Of a DNA stretch of 64,000 nt, positions 48,831 through 58,866 are shown in pieces. Both the position numbers and the translations under genes were made by a program. Where the stretch lies: positions 562 through 64,561 of the forward strand of contig JAYVNO010000207.1 of the NCBI GenBank assembly GCA_043758415.1, written 5' to 3'. The notes under the pieces were generated by a model. The model searched no databases, was not told the origin of the DNA, and saw nothing but the letters and a program-made list of their open reading frames with translations. Every line of letters begins with the position of its first letter. Within the stretch, counting starts at the first letter, position 1. The DNA is from Burkholderiales bacterium. GTDB lineage: Bacteria; Pseudomonadota; Gammaproteobacteria; Burkholderiales; Casimicrobiaceae.

Positions 48831-50051
48831 ATGGTCAAGTCAGACACCAAGTTTCGCAACGCCAAGCCTGAAGCGAAGCCCTACAAGCTTTCTGATGAAC
48901 TGGGGCTGTATCTGCTGGTCAACCCAGTTGGCTCGAAATACTGGCGTCTGAAATTCCGCATTGACGGCGTCGAAAAGCTGCTCGCTCTGGGAGTGTATCC
49001 CGATGTGACGCTGAAAACAGCCCGCGCCCGTCGTGACGCCGCCCGCGTGCTGATCGCGCAGGGTATCAACCCGGTGCAGGCCAAACAAGACACAGAACGC
49101 GCCAAACAGGCGGCAACGGTGGATACGTTTGAGGCGCTCGCCCGCGAGTGGTGGGCAAACTGGAAAGGCGACCGTACCGCACGGCACGCCGATTACGTGC
49201 TGCGCCGGTTAGAGTCCGACGTGTTCCCCGCCATTGGCAAAAAACCTATCGCAACCGTGCGCCCGCGTGACCTGATCGCGATTGCTCGCGCTATCGAAAA
49301 ACGCGGCGCTCTCGACATTGCGAAGCGGGCGCTGGAAACCGTTGGGCAAGTGTTCCGCTACTGCATCCAGACTGAGCGCGTCGACATCAATCCATCGGCC
49401 AATCTTTCCGGCGTCGTCAAGGCCCGCCAAAAAACCAACTACGCCCGCCTGACCGAAAAAGAGCTGCCGGAACTCATGGGCAAGATCGCGAACTATTCCC
49501 GCGACGGCGGCGCGCTGGCGACTCGCATTGCCCTGCAATTGATGGCCCTGACGTTTGTGCGCACGTCGGAGCTGATCGCCGCCCGCTGGGAAGAGTTTGA
49601 TTTTGAGCGGGCGCAATGGCGCATCCCCGCTGAACGCATGAAGATGCGAGAAACGCACATCGTGCCGCTCACAAAACAGGCGCTGGCACTACTCGCAGAA
49701 TTGAAAATTGTGACCGGGCATAGCGTGCTGCTGTTCCCCGGCGAACGCGACCACGCCAAGCCCATGAGCAACAACACAATCCTGTTTGCGCTGTACCGCA
49801 TGGGGTATCACTCACGCATGACGGGGCACGGCTTCCGGGGCATTGCGTCGACGCTGTTGCACGAAATGGGCTTTGACCACAACCACATTGAATTGCAGCT
49901 CGCCCACAAGGAGCGCAACGCCGTGAGCGCCGCTTACAACCACGCCACGTACTTACCGCAGCGGGCGAAGATGATGCAGTTCTGGGCGGATTACCTTGAC
50001 CAGGTGACGACCGGCAAAGTCATCGCCGGAAAGTTCGGCAAGGCGGCATAG
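48831..50051 (+). CDS. Tyrosine integrase (P4/Arm-DNA-binding type)
   Basis: KPYKLSDELGLYL...LALGVYPDVTL, VRTSEL, HGFRGIAST, LAH, AYNHATYL. Confidence 0.96.
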   Translation: MVKSDTKFRNAKPEAKPYKLSDELGLYLLVNPVGSKYWRLKFRIDGVEKLLALGVYPDVTLKTARARRDAARVLIAQGINPVQAKQDTERAKQAATVDTFEALAREWWANWKGDRTARHADYVLRRLESDVFPAIGKKPIATVRPRDLIAIARAIEKRGALDIAKRALETVGQVFRYCIQTERVDINPSANLSGVVKARQKTNYARLTEKELPELMGKIANYSRDGGALATRIALQLMALTFVRTSELIAARWEEFDFERAQWRIPAERMKMRETHIVPLTKQALALLAELKIVTGHSVLLFPGERDHAKPMSNNTILFALYRMGYHSRMTGHGFRGIASTLLHEMGFDHNHIELQLAHKERNAVSAAYNHATYLPQRAKMMQFWADYLDQVTTGKVIAGKFGKAA

Positions 50052-50112
50052 AGAAAAACCGCGAAGCCCCTACGCGCGATATTTGGGGCGAAAACTTGAA
50101 CGAGGGATAAAA

Positions 50113-50394
50113 ATGCCAAACGTAGATAGTCAAAATGCCGTAATGTTCAGCGCGATGAAGAGCGGAGAAATTCTTGGCTACGCACTATCGCTGATCGAGG
50201 AAATCGACGATACGAAGGCCAAAGCGTACGCAGTTGCCAGCGGCGGTGTCGCGTTCACCAGTCGAGATGAGGATGACATCGTGCAGAAACGGATGTTCGA
50301 AGTTATCGAGGGCACGCTGAGCACGGCGCACGCGGAAAATAGCTTACAGACGGCACTCAGTGAGCTTTTGAAGCGTGAGCAGCTCGCGTGCTGA
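50113..50394 (+). CDS. Hypothetical protein
   Basis: ATG at 50113 after gagggat; no motif recognised. Confidence 0.55.
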   Translation: MPNVDSQNAVMFSAMKSGEILGYALSLIEEIDDTKAKAYAVASGGVAFTSRDEDDIVQKRMFEVIEGTLSTAHAENSLQTALSELLKREQLAC

Positions 50395-50523
50395 TATTTG
50401 TTATCAGGCCATTTCTTGCGCGCTGAACTGGCGCTGGATGTGGCCTATCAAATTGAGGCGCTGTGCCCGTGCGTCGCAGGCACTTTACAGATTTCACCGC
50501 GCTAAATTTAAAGGAGTGCAAAC

Positions 50524-51060
50524 ATGACTGTTATCAACGGGGTGATTTCCACCTGTTGCGCATTTCTGCTTGCTTCAACTAGCGACGCTCAGGCCTTTCG
50601 GTGTGTTGAGGGCGGTAAAACCGTGTACCAAGATTCGCCGTGTGCGCAGGGTAGCCAGTCCGCTGTGCAGTTGAATGAACGGTCACCTACGGACTTTGCG
50701 ACGGAGTTCAACCGCAGTCGCGATTGGGCGAACAACGTGTTGAAAAGTTGCAAGCCCGGAAGCGCGGAATGTGCCCGCGCCAAGCGCGCCTTGGAACTCG
50801 TCAATCAGGGCGATGCAGCCGTGGCTGCGATGCGAGAGACAGCACCAAAGCTAGAACTGAAAGATGATGTGGAAAAGACAGACGCGCGGATCAACTTTCG
50901 CGTCGCAAAGGACGACTACGATCGCGCGTCGAAGTTGGTCGAAGCATCCTACGGCAGTGACAACTTCTATGCAGTTCTAGCCTCTCGTACTGCGGCGCAC
51001 GACCGGCTGTCGAAGGTTAGATCGGCTTATTTCCGCGCCTACAAACAGTGGCCTGACTAG
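50524..51060 (+). CDS. Exported DUF4124-like protein
   Basis: Signal peptide followed by AFRCVEGGKTVYQDSPC. Confidence 0.65.
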   Translation: MTVINGVISTCCAFLLASTSDAQAFRCVEGGKTVYQDSPCAQGSQSAVQLNERSPTDFATEFNRSRDWANNVLKSCKPGSAECARAKRALELVNQGDAAVAAMRETAPKLELKDDVEKTDARINFRVAKDDYDRASKLVEASYGSDNFYAVLASRTAAHDRLSKVRSAYFRAYKQWPD

Positions 51061-51720
51061 GTGAAGCTCTACGAAGGGTCAGCCGCATGGCAAGAATTGC
51101 GAATTCATCAGTCTGGTGCTGGCACAAAGATTGAGTCTCGATATCGCGCGCACTTGAGCGTCTTAATTTGGTACGAAGTATGTATGCGCATCTGGGATGC
51201 CGGGCCATACAAAGCACCAGTCGAAACTGATATTTTGGTGGCGTTAGTGACGCGCCTTAAGGAAATCGGCATCGTTGATGCTGACGTTAAAGCATGCGAG
51301 CTTCGCCACCATAAACTGATCGAAGACGAAGCGAAGGCTCAAGAAATCATACGGTCCGCAGCCGACGTGGTACTGGTGCGCATCACGCGTGCGAGAAATG
51401 CTGAGACGGAGTTGAGCGCGTGGCCAGAACTATGCGAGGCCTCGTTCTGGGACGGCACGATTGGGGCACTGATGCAGGCGGCGGAAAGTCGCAGGCTTGG
51501 GGCGCAACTAAAAGGGCGTAGTGATTGGTTGCGCAGGGCCAACGCCCGTCTTCGCTTGATGTCAGAGGTTGAAGCCCTTGAGGGCCTATCTAAAAACAAA
51601 CAGGCGGAAGCGTTGGGCAAGGCGAAAACACCCAAGGCTGACGGTGGCAAAGCAAACAGAAGCGAATTTGATCTGAACGCGAGCGTGGTTCGAAAAATGC
51701 TCAAAAAAAAGCCTTCATAA
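51061..51720 (+). CDS. Hypothetical protein
   Basis: 219-aa ORF ending just before the alpA promoter region; no motif recognised. Confidence 0.55.
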   Translation: MKLYEGSAAWQELRIHQSGAGTKIESRYRAHLSVLIWYEVCMRIWDAGPYKAPVETDILVALVTRLKEIGIVDADVKACELRHHKLIEDEAKAQEIIRSAADVVLVRITRARNAETELSAWPELCEASFWDGTIGALMQAAESRRLGAQLKGRSDWLRRANARLRLMSEVEALEGLSKNKQAEALGKAKTPKADGGKANRSEFDLNASVVRKMLKKKPS

Positions 51721-51749
51721 CGACGCGTGGTGCGGGGGAGGTTGGGGTA

Positions 51750-51799
51750 GGAATTCGCGCGAATTCCGTATGCGTGGCCTTGGAATTCGCGCAAATTCC
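51750..51799. promoter_or_regulatory. Two tandem 18-bp palindromes upstream of alpA
   Basis: ggaattcgcgcgaattcc (51750-51767, perfect) and ggaattcgcgcaaattcc (51782-51799, one mismatch). Confidence 0.65.
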
Positions 51800-51870
51800 A
51801 CATTCTCTAAATGAAATTCTTTTCTTAGCCTGACAGTACCGCATCTTCGCGGTTTTCTGAAAGACTAGAA

Positions 51871-52104
51871 ATGCAAAAGCAAACGCTACCGGATGCGTTA
51901 AACGCTGCCGGTTTGGTGCGACTTCCCGGAACCATGCAGTTCTCCGGACTAGGTCGCAGCGCGCTCTATGAAGCGGTCAAACGAAAGGAGTTTCCGGCCC
52001 CCGTGAAACTCACTCCGAGCGGGCGAGCGGTCGGCTGGCGAATCGCCGATCTTCAAAGCTGGGCCGCTGCTCGCTGCAACAAATCTGCACCGGGTGCGGC
52101 ATGA
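51871..52104 (+). CDS. alpA: AlpA-family regulator/excisionase
   Basis: LVRLPGTMQFSGLGRSALYEAVKRKEFPAPVKL...AVGWRIADLQSW. Confidence 0.9.
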   Translation: MQKQTLPDALNAAGLVRLPGTMQFSGLGRSALYEAVKRKEFPAPVKLTPSGRAVGWRIADLQSWAAARCNKSAPGAA

Positions 52105-52724
52105 GCAGCGCCGAGCCACTGCGAACCGCGCGAACGCCGACAACAACGAATGAAGAGGCTACGGAAAGTAGTGCTAACAAAACAGAGAAAAACGCTAAAC
52201 CTACTGATAACAAAGAGGCAGAAGATACAAATTTCACTCTCTTAAGGGTTGTCTGGATACCTCAAGATTGCTGGCCAAAGGCATCGTTTCCGATTCTGCC
52301 GCGCATTGGTATCGCTCGCCCGCGCCACGTCCCGCCGCCGCCTGACTTTCAATCGCCGGCGAGCCCTGTAGACGATGCACACTATCGCGAAAACGTACAC
52401 GCACAAAGCCGTGAATGGGTTACGGCTAACGAAGGGGTTGGTTTTCCGGATATCGCGGATTGGCCGTTGTTGCGTGAGCTGCAACAGCTATTCGACGTTG
52501 CCGCATGGAGCATTGAACACAGGCATGCTAAGGAGTGGGAATGCTTTGCTGATCGTCGAGGCATTTCGGCGAAGTGCTCACAGCGCTTTCGCTTTCGCGG
52601 TGCGGATTGGGGTTGGCGGGCGTGCCTTACCCAAGATTCTGCATTGGTAGTTGTGTCGGATGAAGTAACGCCCGGTCGCCAACTGGCATACGAAAAGTGG
52701 AGCGTGTGCCATGAGACCGCCTGA
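52101..52724 (+). CDS. Hypothetical protein overlapping alpA and the primase gene
   Basis: ATGA overlap with alpA and 14-bp overlap with the primase ORF; no motif recognised. Confidence 0.5.
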   Translation: MSSAEPLRTARTPTTTNEEATESSANKTEKNAKPTDNKEAEDTNFTLLRVVWIPQDCWPKASFPILPRIGIARPRHVPPPPDFQSPASPVDDAHYRENVHAQSREWVTANEGVGFPDIADWPLLRELQQLFDVAAWSIEHRHAKEWECFADRRGISAKCSQRFRFRGADWGWRACLTQDSALVVVSDEVTPGRQLAYEKWSVCHETA

Positions 52725-55509
52725 CCTAGCGCAATGCCGCGCGATGCTTGCATGCATCTCCGCTGCGGATCGTGACACGTGGGTGCGCATGGGCATGGCG
52801 TTGCACTCCGAATACCCTGGCACCGATGGCTTTGCCGCGTTCGATGCATGGAGTCAGACGGCCGAAAGCTACGACACGAAGGCAACGCGCGCTACATGGA
52901 AAAGCTACAAGCCGGGACCGGTCAAAATCGGCACGCTGATTGATGAGGCAAAGCGGCACGGCTTCACGTTTGAAGTCGACGGGGCGAACGCACCGGCAGA
53001 ATCGCCCGATGACATCGCACGGCGGAACGCTGAACGCGAGCAACGCGCGAAGATCGAGAAAGCCGCGATAGCGAAGCGGCAAGAGCAAACGGCGAAAACT
53101 GCGCAAACGGCCCTACAGGGCGCGAGCGACACCGGGACAAGCGAATACCTCGCCCGCAAGCGCTGCGGCGCGTACGGCTTGAAATTCGCCCGCGACGGGG
53201 CAGTGCTGGTGCCTATGCAGGACGGAAGCGGTGCAATCCTCAATGTGCAACGCATCCTGCCTAATGGCGAGAAGCGTTTTCTTCCGGGCGGGCGTAAGTC
53301 TGGTTTGTGGCATTGGGTAGGGGCGATACCAGCGGACAACGATTACAACGGCCCGCTATTGATCGCGGAGGGGTACGCGACAGCGGCAAGCCTTTACGAG
53401 GCATGCGCGCTGCCGTGCGCGGTGGCGCTTGATTGCGGCAACCTGATGCGCGTCGCGCATTCCGTTCGCGGGCGATTCCCGAACGCCCGCATTGTGGTGT
53501 GTGCCGACGATGACGCAAACAACAAAACTAAACACCCAGATGGCAGCAACCCCGGCCTGACCAAGGCGCGTGCTGCGGCGAACGGAATACGCGGCATGGT
53601 CGCAGTGCCCGCTGTGCTCCCGGATGGAATGACGGATTTCAATGATTTATCGCTGCACGCGGGCGCGCCCGCAGTCAAGGCATGCGTCACGCTCGCGCTG
53701 ACCGAAAACCGATCCGCCCAAGGCACACCAGCGAACGCGCCAAACGACGATAGCGCGGATCGGTTCTCGGTCACAGAGGAAGGCGTGTTTGTCGAAGCCT
53801 ATGACCCACAGTCAAAGCGTGCCTACCCGGCGCGTGTCTGCCAGTCGCTTTGGGTGCCCGCCCGCACACGCAACAGCGACGGTGGCGAATGGGGCTATCG
53901 ACTCGAATTCAACGACCCGCAAGGCAAGCGCAAAGCGTGGGTGCTGCCGTCACGCATGCTCGCTGGCGAAGGAACAGACTATCGTGCACAGTTGGCATCG
54001 CTCGGCTTCGCACCACCACAGGGTCAGCGCGAGCGGCGATGGTTGACTGACTACATCCTGTCCCGCCAAGTTGTGACGTTCGCGAAGACAGTGCGCCGTA
54101 TCGGGTGGCATGATGAGCGCAACGTGTTTGTGCTGCCAGGCGAGGTGATAAAGAGCGATGAAGGCGAGCCCGTGTATCTGCAAAGCGATGGCGACCACGA
54201 CCAGGCGTTTTGCAAGCGTGGCACGTTGGACACATGGCGGGCGCAAGTAGCGGCCCGCGCGGTGGGTAATTCGCGCTTGATCTTTGGGATTAGTTGCGCG
54301 CTGTCCGGGCCGCTCCTTGAACCTGCGCAACAGGCGGGGGGAGGATTCAACCTAAAAGGTGACTCGTCTGAAGGCAAGACCTCCGCGCTGCATGTAGCTG
54401 CGTCGGTATGGGGTGGGCATTCGTTTGTGCTCACGTGGCGCGCGACGGATTCAGCGTTAGAGCATGTGTGCGCGTCGCGCTGTGACACCTTCCTACCTCT
54501 CGATGAATTGAAGGAAATCGAACCTACCAAAATCGGGGCGGTCGCCCTTATGATTGGTAACGGCGCTGGGAAATCGCGTAGCAATCAGGGCGGCCCCAAC
54601 AGGCATCGGCATGAATGGCGAGTACATTACCTGTTGATCGGTGAAATCAGCGTTCAGGATCACATCCGCGAAGGCAATGGCAACGTTCACGCTGGGCATG
54701 AAGTCCGGGTTCCAGATATTTCATCGAACGCGGGCGTAGGGCTCGGCATCTTCGAGCAACTACATGGAGACGCGGACGGCAAAGCGTTTTCGCAAACGCT
54801 GGCCAACGAGACTCGCAATCACTTCGGACACGCTGGGCCCGACTTTGTGCGCTGGCTTTTCAAGTATGCGGACAGACTCGACGAGGGCATTCGCGAACAG
54901 GTAAAGCGCGTAAGCGGGGAGATTGGCCCAGCGGGTGCGTCGCACCAAGTGGCACGCGTTGCGGATCGCTTCGCATTGGTAGCGGTTGCGGGCGAGTTGG
55001 CTACTAAGGCGGGGATCACGGGATGGGAGAAGGGCGAGGCCACCCATGCGGCGCGGGCGTGTTTGAACGCATGGATTGATGCGCGCGGCGGGCTACAAAA
55101 CCGCGAATCGATGGAGGCGGTATCTCACGTGCGCAAGATGATCGCGGCGCACGGTCGCGGGCGATACATCGCATGGGAGCGAACCAACGATAGCAAGGCC
55201 CCAACGTGCCTAACGCGCTCGGCTGGCGACGCAAGCTGGCTGTTGCCGGCGGTGTTGTCGAATACGAGAATTACAACTCCACGGGCGACGGCGGACGCGA
55301 GGTCGAGTACGTTCATGAGCGCAGCTTGTTTCGACAAGAATTCTGTCTTGGTAAGGACGAGAAATTCGTGTTGGCGATACTCAAGGCGCGCGGATATTTG
55401 CGCTTCAACAACGGGGCGCAACACACTTGCGGTGCGTCTACCGGGCATGGATGACAAGAAGCTGGCACAGTGCATCGTGATCACGTCGGCCATACTTTCC
55501 GATGATTGA
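52711..55509 (+). CDS. PriCT-2 + TOPRIM primase + DUF927 helicase fusion (two compensating frameshifts near the C-terminus)
   Basis: DRDTWVRMGMAL...FDAWSQ (PriCT-2), LIAEGYATAAS and VCADDD (TOPRIM), KGDSSEGKT (Walker A), LPLDEL; alternative-frame segment 55206-55412. Confidence 0.85.
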   Translation: MRPPDLAQCRAMLACISAADRDTWVRMGMALHSEYPGTDGFAAFDAWSQTAESYDTKATRATWKSYKPGPVKIGTLIDEAKRHGFTFEVDGANAPAESPDDIARRNAEREQRAKIEKAAIAKRQEQTAKTAQTALQGASDTGTSEYLARKRCGAYGLKFARDGAVLVPMQDGSGAILNVQRILPNGEKRFLPGGRKSGLWHWVGAIPADNDYNGPLLIAEGYATAASLYEACALPCAVALDCGNLMRVAHSVRGRFPNARIVVCADDDANNKTKHPDGSNPGLTKARAAANGIRGMVAVPAVLPDGMTDFNDLSLHAGAPAVKACVTLALTENRSAQGTPANAPNDDSADRFSVTEEGVFVEAYDPQSKRAYPARVCQSLWVPARTRNSDGGEWGYRLEFNDPQGKRKAWVLPSRMLAGEGTDYRAQLASLGFAPPQGQRERRWLTDYILSRQVVTFAKTVRRIGWHDERNVFVLPGEVIKSDEGEPVYLQSDGDHDQAFCKRGTLDTWRAQVAARAVGNSRLIFGISCALSGPLLEPAQQAGGGFNLKGDSSEGKTSALHVAASVWGGHSFVLTWRATDSALEHVCASRCDTFLPLDELKEIEPTKIGAVALMIGNGAGKSRSNQGGPNRHRHEWRVHYLLIGEISVQDHIREGNGNVHAGHEVRVPDISSNAGVGLGIFEQLHGDADGKAFSQTLANETRNHFGHAGPDFVRWLFKYADRLDEGIREQVKRVSGEIGPAGASHQVARVADRFALVAVAGELATKAGITGWEKGEATHAARACLNAWIDARGGLQNRESMEAVSHVRKMIAAHGRGRYIAWERTNDSKAPTCLTRSAGDASWLLPAVLSNTRITTPRATADARSSTFMSAACFDKNSVLVRTRNSCWRYSRRADICASTTGRNTLAVRLPGMDDKKLAQCIVITSAILSDD

Positions 55510-55547
55510 GGCCATGCGCACCGCGCCTGCGTTGAGGCAACGCGCTG

Positions 55548-55602
55548 GTGTTAGCGTGTTTGCGTGAAACGGTGTGCGTGTTCGCGTGTGCGTGCGAACA
55601 CC
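55548..55602. repeat. Short GTGT(T)NGC iteron-like array (putative origin)
   Basis: gtgttagc gtgtttgc gtgaaacg gtgtgc gtgttcgc gtgtgc, then inverted gcgaacac, directly after the primase-helicase stop. Confidence 0.55.
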
Positions 55603-55886
55603 AAGAGCCTCTTGCAGTAAGGCTTGCAGGCCGATATTGATGGTTGTTAGCACGTTAGCGGTGCGAATAAGGCGGAGCGGGAGCGCGGGCGCGGGTGGCG
55701 CGCTGCGCCATGAAAAATATTGCGCGCAATTGCACTGCAAAGGATGTGAGCGAACGCTTGCCATTTGGTTGACCGGGCAAGGTCGTCCGCCAAAGCGAGT
55801 TGACGACGCTACACCACACAGGGCACACTGTCACGCATTCAAGTTGCACCGTGAAATCGCGGCGCGCTACTTTTTTGGAGCGAATC

Positions 55887-56435
55887 ATGTTGCGATTTTT
55901 GTGGGCTTTCACTATCGTGGTCGCAGCTCCATCGATGGGTCAAACGATCTACAATTGCTCCGATGCCAACGGGCGACTTGCGCTTCAAGACATGCCTTGC
56001 GTGGGCGGCGAGAGGCGGCAAGTTAGTCCCGCGTCGGGCAGCGACGAAAAGCCTACGGCAAACACCAGCAAGATAGTGGACGCGGCGAGACCCGACGCGG
56101 GCAACGACCTTGACCTCTTGCGCAACAGCGTTGGTAAAGACGCCGCGGCTCGTAAATTCAAAGATGCTGACTATGAAATCGGCGTTTACAACCAACGCAT
56201 TAACAACTTTCCGATCTATCGCGCAACAACGCTTAAACAGCGGGCAAAGTATTACAACTGCGGCACGGCAAAATACCCGATGTTGTGCGAAGACATGGAC
56301 AACTATCGCGCCGTCGACGCCGAACTCAGCGTCGAACTCAACCATATGCGCGACATGCGCACCAACACTGAAGCCGTTAAACGTGCCGCCAACAAAGAGC
56401 ACTTCGCCATCACAAAGAAATGGCTGGATGAATAA
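55887..56435 (+). CDS. Exported DUF4124-like protein
   Basis: RBS ggag, signal peptide MLRFLWAFTIVVAAPSMG, then TIYNCSDANGRLALQDMPC. Confidence 0.65.
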   Translation: MLRFLWAFTIVVAAPSMGQTIYNCSDANGRLALQDMPCVGGERRQVSPASGSDEKPTANTSKIVDAARPDAGNDLDLLRNSVGKDAAARKFKDADYEIGVYNQRINNFPIYRATTLKQRAKYYNCGTAKYPMLCEDMDNYRAVDAELSVELNHMRDMRTNTEAVKRAANKEHFAITKKWLDE

Positions 56436-57106
56436 CTCACGTTGCGCCGCTGCGCGAAGTGTGCGCGGTTCGTCGATTGGATGATTGTCGGGTTCAGTGG
56501 CAGCAATGCGATCCCCAAACTGGGTAGGTTCTCCCCGCCCCCTCCCCATCATCCGAGGGTAATTCGCACCCCGATTGCGCTCTATTTTTTTCACCTTTTA
56601 GGGTGAGGGTTGTGTTGTGAACGCTAACCCATGAAGGGATAGTCTTGGGATTGGGGGTATTTTTGGGGGTATGTGCAATCGCGCGAACGTCGCAGCGCGC
56701 CTATCCGTAGGGCACAGCGCGAATGATGTGAATGTCCGATCCCATCCAGTGAGGCACTTGCCCAGAGCTAGCCCGTCGTGAGAAGCCTTCACATCACGCC
56801 AGACCCCGGACGCATGAGCGGCACGCCCTGCTGTATGGATGGGGTTCACGCAACGCTGGTTGCTGCTAGCGCTTAACGATTGAACCGGTTCGCGGCCTAC
56901 GGGCCAGTAGGCGTCGCTTTTCCGGTTTAGAGTGCGGCAAGAGCGCAAATCGGGTGAAAGCGCTACGCTGGGGGTGGGTCGCATCCGAAGCAACGTCCCG
57001 TTGGCGCGCTGCGACGGAGTTGTGGCCCAACGACGTCCAAAGCGGCGTGATGGAAGTGTAAGCAACTTTATATTGTAACGACCATTTAATCAGGGCAAAG
57101 CGCTGG

Positions 57107-58511
<1,405 letters not shown>

Positions 58512-58866
58512 CGGGGGTAGGGTGGCGAGTTTTGCAAATGCGCCGTGCCCACCAAACCGTGGCCAGTCGATCCTTTCTGGAATGGCAACGTCCGGGTGGG
58601 CGCGGCAAAGCAGGCTTGCGACAAGCGTGTCGCGCCACCCTACGGAATTCGACTCTGCGTAATCGGTGTATCGGGCGGCAAGCATGATCGAACAATTCTT
58701 CGCGACAATCAAGGGCACTTCTAGAAATTCATTTTTCGGGATGAAATGCAAGGCGCACGGCGCGCAGCAACCGGAATGTACGCCCTGGTACATGAGTTGC
58801 GAGCACTGTGCAACGCCGCAGTTCGCCCGACAAATGAATTTATAGGAGCGCCCTCAACTGAATGCA

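Larger units (their letters stand above)
48654..56750. mobile_element. tRNA-Ser-integrated element (integrase, AlpA, primase-helicase); phage-satellite-like, no packaging genes seen
   Basis: P4-type integrase next to the tRNA 3' end; TGGGGGTA direct-repeat pairs at about 48766-48786 and 56651-56671; right end inferred, no clean attR. Confidence 0.75.
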
